Made by a program: the position numbers and the translations under genes. The notes under the pieces were generated by a model that was not told where the DNA came from, made no database searches, and was given only the letters and a program-made list of their open reading frames with translations. From the NCBI RefSeq assembly GCF_964194025.1, contig NC_134471.1, positions 40,858,001 through 40,922,000 on the forward strand: a stretch of 64,000 nt of DNA, given 5' to 3'. Below, piece by piece: positions 51,207-60,424 of the stretch. Position 1 is the first letter of the stretch, and each line of letters opens with the position of its first letter. Source of the stretch: Convolutriloba macropyga. Taxonomy: Eukaryota.

Positions 51207-51268
51207 CACAAGCGAGGAGGCGAAAGATCGATGCTAGCAGACCACAGCAACAAACTCAACCAAACAAG

Positions 51269-51615
51269 CTAGCCGTAACTCCAGAATAAACTTAAGTCAC
51301 ACCCTAGAAAGAAGAAGAGGAGCTACTGCCAGGTAAACTAGCACAAACATTATGGGGTTTTATCAACGGCATCAAAACATGAAACAATTTACGGCAACGA
51401 TGTAGTATAACCAAAAGTCGAAAGGGTCAGGAAATTTACTAGCCGTAACTCCAGAACAAACTTAAGTCACACCCTAGCAAACCACCATACCCAGACAACA
51501 AAAGTGCATACTACAAAAATTAATAAAGCTACAACAAATTGCTAGCAAACAAGTGTGGTGAAAGTCACGAAACAAACCAGCCGTAACTCTAGAATGAACT
51601 TAAGTCACACCCTAG
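51269..51615. repeat. Three 39-bp direct repeats separated by unrelated spacers of 131 and 99 bp
   Basis: ctagccgtaactccagaataaacttaagtcacaccctag occurs at 51269-51307, 51439-51477 (1 mismatch) and 51577-51615 (3 mismatches). Confidence 0.93.
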
Positions 51616-51885
51616 CAAGGAACGAGACTAAACAACAAACCGGCATACTAGCAGAAAGAAATTCTACTACAGCAAAACTCAACATACTACATCATACAAC
51701 AAATAAACGGGGAATAGAAAGAAACAAGAAGACACGGAAACAAAGGGGACGGAAACGGAAAATGAAACCAGATAACCTGCGGAAAACGGCCGGTAGTGAA
51801 TAACTCAAAATGGGGAGAGCGAAACGTTTAGTAAAGCGCTATTGGAAGGAATCAACCACAAACTAACCCGCGCAACAACGCAAGA

Positions 51886-52524
51886 CTAAGAGACATTTAG
51901 GTTATTAAAGGCTTGAGTAAGTTCCGCCTCCTCGTACGCATGGCGGTTGCGGAGCGTTTTTCGACGGCGCTTGGAAAGTTTTTTCGGTCGGGACCGTGTT
52001 ATCAAGGACCGGAGGTTGTTCTTATGAGTTAAGACTATAGTGAGTGTTTTCAGCTCAAGCGCAGGCCTTTGGTGTAATGCTCTGTACTCTTTAAGTAAAC
52101 TAGGATCTTTCTGTTTACGTCTAGACACAATGCCTTTCACTAAGTGTATGGTAACTAGAGTACTACGCTTGAGCTGATCAGAAATATCAGGAGTTCCCTC
52201 TCTGGGGCAATACACTATAGCTTCTATGCGCTCCTGATAGTTTTCAAGCACTGCAATAAGCTGTGAAGGTGTTAAAGGCTTATTGTTGTTGCTTCGATGA
52301 CGTGAAAGCGAATTGTTCACTACATCATGCCATATAACTAGGCGCTTCTTATCATGAAAGAAATGACTCAACTGGAACTGCGCTGTTTTTCGGACTTTCA
52401 AAGCGTTAGGGTTGAAGCTTAAACCCGGTAATGCGTAAACGTTACGTTTGTAACGATTTTGTGTTACTTGAGGCGCAGTTTTTATGGCGTGATGAAGTGA
52501 ACTAGCAGCTAATATGAAAACCAT
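51886..52524 (-). CDS. Intact 212-aa accessory ORF in the BEL leader; function unknown, possible SGNH/GDSL-esterase-like fold with a basic C-terminal tail
   Basis: ATG-initiated, with no disruptions, on the same strand as gag-pol, and with a homolog at 34544-34846. The motif spacing VFILAASSL / ALPG / LVIWHDVVNN / ALH resembles SGNH blocks I, II, III and V. The tail is RSRPKKLSKRRRK. Confidence 0.8.
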   Translation of the reverse strand: MVFILAASSLHHAIKTAPQVTQNRYKRNVYALPGLSFNPNALKVRKTAQFQLSHFFHDKKRLVIWHDVVNNSLSRHRSNNNKPLTPSQLIAVLENYQERIEAIVYCPREGTPDISDQLKRSTLVTIHLVKGIVSRRKQKDPSLLKEYRALHQRPALELKTLTIVLTHKNNLRSLITRSRPKKLSKRRRKTLRNRHAYEEAELTQAFNNLNVS

Positions 52525-53796
52525 ATAATGTTTTTACAGCATAAATGATTTGAGCTTTGCTCAAACTCCGAGCCTTGATGTTAAATACACGATTTTCACG
52601 AGTTACCAAGAATAAGCGCTTATTTGAGAAAAAGAATTGTCTTTTTTTTCTTTTAAATCGACAACTTTATGCAATTGTTACATCCGCATTTAATAAGTTT
52701 CCTTTAGAATGATAGGGACAAAGGAATTTTTTTTTTCAAATTTGGTCAAATTTTTCCAAGATTTTTAAGTTTTTGCTACGCTTTTATGTCAAGAACTGTA
52801 AAAAACACCGCAATTTGATTATTTCTGGATTTTGACAAAATTTGTCAAAATTATTGTTTTTCAAAAAAATGTGTATGGGATGGGTTATCGGTGACCAGGG
52901 GTAATGTCGCAAATACCAGATTATAGGAAATGAAACCGAAAAAAGGGGGGTTAATAGATTTGCCGGTTTAATAAATTTAGAACGTCAAATGAAAATTAAG
53001 TTGAAGTTTGGGTAAGTCTTACAAGTTTTTTTTCTCGGTTCCAATGTGCAGCTCTTCGATAGATTTGGAGTCGATTTCTAGATGTGTCGCCAGTTCGAGA
53101 GTTGCCCTGTCATTAGAAACCACAACACACTGTATAGTTTTATGTGCCCTCAGCGTACACAATCATTTACAACCCTGTCTCCATTCGTGCCTCCAAAAGC
53201 GACCGAATCCTTGTTCACCGATGTTCGGGACTCCAGATCGCCAGGAATTCCAACATGGTCAAGTTTTTTTTTGGTACAGGTTCCAAGGCTTCGATTCCTC
53301 AGATTGTAGATCGGCAAATTTCACACTAATCACTTTTCTCATTCAATTTTGAGGGGAATTGAATCTCAAATAAATGAATTGTGTCAATTTTATTGCGATT
53401 CAATTATTATTGCAAATCGCTTTCACGTTAATAACGAAAGCCAATGCCAATTAAGGCCCGCCCCTTCCGAGTTGATTCTCTGCAAAATGCCTGCCAATTT
53501 AATGCCACACGGGAAAGTAACCGATAAGTTTTGGTCACAATCAGATTGGGATTTGCTAACTAATGGAAATAATTTTTTTGGGACTAAGGAGCAAGGTGAA
53601 GGTATCAACATTCCATGATCAATAAAGAGCGGGGAACGATAATTTGACCGAACTTAATTGCAATCAGAAATTATTCTTTGCAGGTTCTTCCACAAGAGTA
53701 GAGGCAATCAATTGTACACTTCGTAAGGGTAAAGCAAATCGTTTGATTTACAAGACGCCCAATCTCGAATCGAGGCCCCCTCGAATTATAGAGGGG

Positions 53797-53806
53797 CGCG
53801 GCACCA
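53797..53806 (-). promoter_or_regulatory. Primer-binding site (tRNA-His-like)
   Basis: Minus-strand TGGTGCCGCG starts 4 nt after the shared LTR sequence. The first 8 nt are complementary to the usual eukaryotic tRNA-His 3' end (…CGGCACCA). Confidence 0.65.
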
Positions 53807-53810
53807 GCAA

Positions 53811-54228
53811 TATAGGTGCGAAAACACACAATCGTTAATTTAAATTGATCGAGATCGATAACTGCATTCAACAACGTATAAAGGCCAAAAAGCCCCTCTC
53901 CATGGCCCGGCAAATCCAGCTTGATCTTTTTTAGCAGGTATTTGTCTGAGTCGATTTTCGACTCAGATTGGTCACCGATACGTTTTCGAAACATAAAAAC
54001 ATTAAGCCTAAAAAGAGCGCAATCGATTCAGTATATTAGTAGGCTCAACGAAAATTATGTTTAACGAACTTTTTCTGAGCTCTCTACGTATAGAAGAACG
54101 GATATAAGGCTTATATGGTTAAGAGATTACGTAATAAACTTTCTCGCTGGATAGCGCATAGATTTCTCGCTGCTCTTTTATTTAAATAGCGCTTTAAATA
54201 GATTGTTCATTTAGTTTACTCGGTAACA
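53811..54228 (-). repeat. 5' LTR
   Basis: Apparently identical to 43477-43894 and followed on the minus strand by the PBS. Confidence 0.9.
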
Positions 54229-54494
54229 TCCTCCGGCCCGGAAGAAAATGTTGGGAGGATCGGTACAAGCTTAACGAGTGGGCGGACGAGCGATCCGGAT
54301 GACGTGCGTAAGACGGCGGAGCGGGCGACGCTGTCGGAGCCGTACCGAAGTTCCTCAATCCGAGCGGTTGGATAGTAACTCCTAGGGTTGCTTTCTTCAA
54401 CGATCCAAACTAAATCACCAACCTTGAGGTGATGCTCGGCAGGCGTCTGCCACTTAGATCTACGGTTCAACGCAGGTACGTACTCCTTGAGCCA
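54229..54494 (-). repeat. 266-bp duplicate of the integrase 3' end plus PPT, attached outside the 5' LTR
   Basis: Matches 43895-44160. The ORF track shows the identical peptide WLKEYVPALNRR…GPEDVTE in both places. Confidence 0.93.
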
Positions 54495-55259
54495 TTTCAT
54501 CTTACTAAATTGTGATCGAACTCTATCTACGATGTTAACAAACTGTTTTTCAGCTCTGAGTTTGCCATTGGAGAACAAGGAAACAGTGCAAGTTGCCTAC
54601 AAGAACTTTCAAGAGCGGGTCTGTTGCGAGGCTCTACAGCAGTGCTCAATTGACGCCCAAAGTGAGGCAACTTCAGAGCCCTCGAGAGTTGCTTTGACTC
54701 AAATCAGCTGCTCGGATTCGTCTGTAAGTTACTCGATACGTATGCTTTTCTAATGAGACGAAGCCACCGGTAGATAATTTGATTGTCCAATTGAAATTTT
54801 ACCACCCGAAAGATATTTTTGGACCCAAAACAAGCATTTCTATTTAAGGTCCGCGAAATAATTCACACTTGATTTGAATACAAACTTGATTTGAATATAT
54901 GCATTCAGACTATAAATGAAGATGTTCGGTCTCATTTTGACTCGCTAAGATTGTTCGATTTTTGAAAAGTAAGAATTAAAGAGTATTTGGAAAACTGTGA
55001 TATGTCTATATCTGTATTTTCTTGACACAGCCTACTGAACGAGATGCTACTTGTATCATTGAACGTTTGAATTTATATTAATTGGACTTGTGAATAATTT
55101 AAACTTTATCCCTCTGTGGAAAATGACCAACCATAATTTCGGCTTATATCTCCAACCGGTTTCAAATGGTAATCCGAATAAATTCTGCTCAGACCGTCTT
55201 TGGAATACAGTTTGTTTTGCAGCTAGAAAAAGAACCATCTGTAACTGGAATTTTGTGTT

Positions 55260-55633
55260 AATTGCTCTCAAATGAAGTTTGTAGCAATTATATTAGTCCT
55301 GTCGGTCTTTTTTTAATGCGATTTTTTGCTTGGCCGATTTTTTGTCTAACGCTTTTGACTTTTCGTCCTCAAAAACGGGATAAGCAGGTAGCGCCCAGCG
55401 TGCCTTTCAGCTCTGTTTCAGCTCAAACTGTTTTGGAGATCTATACTTATACTTATAATGTGAAGAGTGGTTCTTAGAGGTTGAAGACACCCCCACTGTT
55501 GACCCCCCACCCTATTGCCCCACCCCCTACCAAGCTGTTTCCCCCACCCCCCTACCAAGCTGTTGCCCCCACCCCAGTGTTCACCCCCCCCCCCCCCCTC
55601 CCGTGGCTAGCTACTGACGAACAACCGCTTGCT
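55260..55633 (+). mobile_element. 5' part of a HINE/DINE-like (Helentron-associated) repeat with a C-rich insert
   Basis: It starts aattgctctcaa…tgtagcaattatatt…aaacgggataa.caggtagcgccc and shares ccgtggctagct…caaccgct.gct with the copy at 56962. C-runs lie at 55489-55602. Confidence 0.6.
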
Positions 55634-55639
55634 AAAAAA

Positions 55640-56530
55640 ACGCAACTATTCTGCAATTTTTTTCAAGCTTTTTGACATTTTTTGTTTTTTATCAGCCCTA
55701 GATGTAAAGGAACCTCCTCTAGGGTTTGATAATAAGTTATTGCATTGTTTCTAGTGGTAATGGAATCGTTTCAACATTTAAACATCACGAATTTTAGCAA
55801 TCTTTCGACAAAACTTTCAATTTTTTCAAGTTTGTCGACATTTCTTTCCTTATGCCAGACCCAGCAGCCAGAAAAGATCCCACGGGGTTTGATAATAAGT
55901 TACTGATAAATTTTTACTGGTCGTGGAATAGTTTTTCAGCTTTTTAATGTCACAAATTTTAGCAATTTTTTTTTATAAAACTTGCTTTTTTCAAGTGGTT
56001 TTGAATTTGTCATTTTTTAGGTTTCTCTTGCCTCAAGGGCCACGGAACTTCCTCTAGTGTTTGATAGTTTGTTACTGCATAGTTTTATAGGTGTTATGGA
56101 ATGTTCTTCAAGAGTTTAATATCACGAATTTAAGCAATTTTTAAAAATTTTTGCAATTTTTTCATGTTTTGGAATTTTTTACGGCAGCAGAGGCCCTGGG
56201 ATCTCCTCTAAGGTTTGATAATAAGCTGCTGCATAGTTTCTAGAGTTAAGAGTTATTGGGATTGTGATCAACATTTTTTATGACTCCAGTTTTAGTAATG
56301 TTTGGATAAAATTTAAACTTCTCAAATTTTTGGAAAATTTTTATGTTCCAAGCGTATGGATATTTGAGCCAGTGAAACTATTTCAGGCTTGAAACAGGGA
56401 TACTGGATAGTCTCTTGCGACAATGAAATTGTTCTTAAAATATCAATGTCTTGAATTTTAGCGAGATTTTGTTACAATTTGCGATTTTTTCCAAATTTGT
56501 TCAATATTTTTTGTCCTTTTCTGGGTTTAG
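55640..56530 (+). repeat. Diverged satellite-like array, ~5 units of ~155-175 bp
   Basis: The anchor cctctagggtttgataataagttactgcata…ggaa…tcaacattt.aatatcacgaattttagcaat recurs at ~55724, 55887, 56059, 56213 and ~56387. Confidence 0.75.
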
Positions 56531-56959
56531 CGACCATTACTGGCCAACGAAAATTTTCATGTCTCGGAGATGAGTTACTTGGCGAAACTTTCGAGACAAA
56601 AAATGGTTTTGATTTTATTGCGAAGTTCAAATTTTTTTTTAATTTTGCCTTTTTCAGTTTTTTCTATATGATTTATTTATTAACAAGGTTAGAAACTAGA
56701 AGTTGCAGTGTCGAATCCAATCATGGAAGATATTCCTGTCTCCTTCTCTCTCTTTCGATTAGGGTTCCTTTCCGTTTCTTTCTCGTTCACGTTTTAGGGT
56801 TCCTTTCCGTTTCTCTCTCTCTCTCTCTTTGTTGATTCCGCACTTTAGGTGCTGTTATGTGGCGTAATGTCACCATCTCTGATCCTCATTATCAATGAGT
56901 GATAGCTGAAATGTTTTTTTATCATAAATGAGCTAACAGGCACTTTTAGGAAACTATTG

Positions 56960-57186
56960 TTAATTGCTCTCAAGAGCAATTTGTAGCAAATATATTAATC
57001 CTGTTTGTCTTGAATGCATTTTTCGCTTGTCCGATTTTTTGTCTGACTCATTTGACATTCGTATTCAGAAACGGGATAAAGAGGTAGCGCCCTGAGGACA
57101 CTAAACCGTGGCTAGCTGTTGTCGAAGCCAACCGCTCGCTGGTCGTTTGAGAGCAATTCGCCCGACGTTAGTCGGTTATGTTTTTA
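56960..57186 (+). mobile_element. Complete HINE/DINE-1-like non-autonomous Helentron
   Basis: 5' subTIR aattgctctcaa (56962-56973) within a palindrome; inverted 3' subTIR ttgagagcaatt (57147-57158); then the stem-loop ccgac-gtta-gtcgg (57162-57175) and a T-rich end. Confidence 0.75.
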
Positions 57187-57624
57187 ATATTATTTAAAAA
57201 AATGTTCACATGCGCAAAACCCGAGCTATGAATACGCTTCGGCCTAGAGTTTATATGCAAAACGCAGTTGGATATCAGGTGGCCAGCCTTATCTAACGCT
57301 AATTCAGGAATCTGGAAAGTTTTGCGGCTTTAGTTTGAGCGTCTCTTAAAACTCGGCAGAATTCTTTGCAGCTATAGGATTTCTATGCAACATCGCAATG
57401 ATCAAGTTACTTGAATTTAATTATTGGCTCACATTTTTATAGATTGCACAAATTACCAGCAGAGGTTGAAGTTTTGCGCGGAGATTTCAAAAATTTTCAA
57501 TGAGAAGTGAAGACTTGATTTAAGGCAACTTAGCTGCAAGAAAAAAGAGGTACTTTGACCCCCGTTTTTGCTCACTCTCACAATGAAAAGATCCCTGAGC
57601 GATACTATCTCCCACCTCTCTCAG

Positions 57625-57750
57625 CTGCACTCAATAAGTTGTAGCAATTATATTACTCCTGTAGTCTTTTTATGCGATTTTTGCTCGACCGAATTTTCGA
57701 CGGACACTTAACTTTTGGTCCTTAAAAACGGGATAAACAGGTAAAGACCG
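57625..57750 (+). mobile_element. Partial copy of the same HINE family
   Basis: ctcaataagttgtagcaattatattactcctg…aaaaacgggataaacaggta matches the 5' core of the other copies. Confidence 0.65.
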
Positions 57751-58649
57751 GAGGAAAGTAAGTGGCTGAGCAGCTCACATAGAGCCTTACGCCCATTAGT
57801 CTCTAAGTTTGCGGTTCATTGAAACTGCTTTGTGGAGACCATTTCGTGGTTCAAATTTTTAATTGCAACGATCAGATTGGTTATCAGAATTTTGGTCACT
57901 CGGAAAAGAAACAAACAATTCGGCAGGTAGCACTTTCATTTTTTAATAGCCGCACAGCGATAGCTGGGGCTATTATTGGCCTTCTCTTGGTTTTTTATTT
58001 CGTCGTCGCGATTTTTGTTACGATTTTTGTTTCGTTCATGCAATTTCTACTGAATTGCGTGCGTGACGTCATTTTCGCTCTTAATGGAGCGAGTTTTTTT
58101 GTTCATTCGCGTGATTAAATTTTTGGCCACATTTGACGTACCTCACTCTCAAAAATGACTTCCGCACTTTGAAATTGACTTTTATTTACTTTAATTCAAA
58201 GAGATGAGGTCAAATGGGTATGTGTCACTCTAAATGAAGGTTATTTGAGAGCAGCTAATAGACAGCAAAAAACTTATAGATTTTTAATCAAAATATAACG
58301 TACCAGCATTCACTGAAAAGACGAGTTTTTTGGTCTGTCTTTTTTACTGTTTTTTTTTGAGACTGTAGATCTACGAAGCTATTCCGGCTTTTTTCTGGCA
58401 ATCTGCCAGCTATGTTTGAAGAGTAACGACTTCTGAGATGGCCCATTGATGTTGTATTTTGACCTTACATATTATTGACTTCACTCCGAATTATAAGTTC
58501 ACGATGAGTATATATCTATCTGGTTCTGATTTCCGTCTGTTGTGTTTCTTAGATTTAAGGTACTCTTCGAATTTGCGTTTAATTGTTCTGCTGTGGCAGT
58601 TTTAAATCTCTAGTTCTTTTGCAGTTAATATTATAACTGGTGAACTTGT

Positions 58650-58981
58650 TTAATTGCTCTTAAACGCAGTTCATAGCAATTATCGTAAACGTGTTGGTCT
58701 TTTTTATGCAAATTTTTTGTTTGACCGTTTTTGCGCTTTTCTTCTAGAACCTTTCATTCTTCATTTTTGAGCAATCTCTATTGCTCTCACTCCGAAGTAA
58801 AGTTTTTTGCTAATATAAAATCGGTTGCAGCATATCAACAAGGGCCTGATAGCCGTGTGTGTGGGCAGTGCATTTGGTTAGAGATCGGGAGGTCAATCGT
58901 TCGAATCCCGGCGTGGTGAAATAATTTTCCACCCGCCTGTCGTTCGAGAGCAATTCATCCGACATTATTCGGTTTATGTTT
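58650..58981 (+). mobile_element. HINE copy carrying a tRNA-like segment (58842-58916)
   Basis: 5' subTIR aattgctcttaaacg and 3' cgttcgagagcaatt followed by the ccgacattattcgg hairpin. Internally there is TAGCCGTGTGTGTGG (A-box-like) … GTTCGAATCC (B box). Confidence 0.7.
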
Positions 58982-59133
58982 ACTGGTTAGAGCTCTTATT
59001 GGACTTCTCTTTACGACTCGAAGTGGATTTGCGATCTTTTTCTAAAATCGGTGAGGTATAAGCGACACGTGGAAAAATTTTTAGTTCAATGAGATGAATG
59101 AATATAAAGCGATTGAATCCCACATAGGATTTT

Positions 59134-59164
<31 letters not shown>

Positions 59165-59169
59165 GAGAG
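59134..59169. repeat. (GA)n microsatellite
   Basis: Read directly from the sequence. Confidence 0.9.
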
Positions 59170-60424
59170 CGAGAATAATCTTTCCCGTAGTGGGTAGAAA
59201 ATTACCCGACGTGCGACATTTTCAAAGCAGTTATTAAGTTTCAACTTTACCTGAGGTTGTTCTTCGCCCTTGTATTAACAATTAACATTCGCACATGCGT
59301 TAACATTTTGCGCGAGTTTTTGGTAATCTCAATCATGGATTAAGCGTGTGAGCTATTTTTGCCTTTTTGCTGCTTTAGAAGCTTTTTTACAGTTTGTGTT
59401 TTTCAATTTAATAGTCAAAGGAGATTTTATTGTTGCCGTTAGTGTGACCGGTGGTTTTTGATGAACATCTCATCTGATTTGTTTTCATTTTAAGTTGTTT
59501 ATGGGAAGGAAATTTGGTTGAATTAAGTCAAGAACTGACCTGTTTTTGTTTACCGTTTAAGATTTCTGCCCATTTCTTGTTTTTTTTTTCATTTACAGAA
59601 AGTTTTTCTGATTGTTGGTATCTGGGGGAGACAACCGCATGTTTAAAGAGCCTGTTTTTAACTGTGGTAAATCAATGCTTTTGTTTTTGCCTTTGATTTT
59701 TATAGTTGATTGTCGTGTGGGGGTGTCATTGAAGGAACAGATATTTTAAGATTTCGGTGATCAATCGTTTGAATGTTGCAACTGATGGAGCTGTTTGAGG
59801 CAATTGTTAACAGATAATTAATCAGAAAATCAAAATAACTAATCAAAATAAACGGTATCCCGCAATAAATTTAGAAAAAACTGTCTTGCAGTCCTGATTT
59901 AAGAAGATTTTCGAAAGATCATTACATTTTGTTTTTTTTTTGTTTTTAACTCGGTTTTTTTTTAAAAAATGAATAGTATGAAGTAATTCGTCTATTTTTA
60001 AGTAGGTAGTCGCCGGCTCAAGTCCTGTTTTAATCGACTCGATTCTGAAGCACTGCGTGCGTGACTTACTTTCCACATTTATTGGAGCCAGTTTTGTGAA
60101 CATTTGCGCGAGTAATTTTTGTCATTCGTGATTTACCTCACTGTAAAATTCTCTCGACTTGACTTCTGCTTACTTAGGTGATAATGAAACCAGTCCTTAG
60201 AAGTTACAATCTGCAGGGGTTGGAACATTCTTTTTGCTTTGTAAATCACACTCCCCGCTGACTTTCGTTCTGTATTCAGTGGTCGAAGAATATATTCTAT
60301 AACAGCCCAGTTATCCAGTTTTGGATGTCACAGTAATGTAAAAATGAAGATTTCATTGTTTAAGTAAAGGAATTTCATTGTTTAAGTAAAAAATTACCCG
60401 TCGAAGAATCTGATTCTGTTACAG

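Larger units (their letters stand above)
43477..54494 (-). mobile_element. Young BEL/Pao LTR retrotransposon, antisense in semaphorin intron 3
   Basis: Two apparently identical LTRs (offset 10334), a PBS, a PPT, and a gag-PR-RT-RNaseH-IN domain order with BEL-diagnostic motifs. Confidence 0.97.

Noticed and set aside
50743-51289. Arg/Pro/Phe-rich ORFs in several frames
   Set aside because: These are by-products of the GC-rich tandem array; they are open in multiple frames on both strands and give repetitive translations.
51269-51615. CRISPR array interpretation of the 39-bp repeats
   Set aside because: There are only three repeats, the spacers are long and unequal (99 and 131 bp), there are no cas genes, and the context is a eukaryotic LTR retrotransposon leader.
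54216-54578. 120-aa ORF as a separate gene
   Set aside because: It is a chance fusion of flanking DNA to the duplicated integrase tail, with a non-ATG start.
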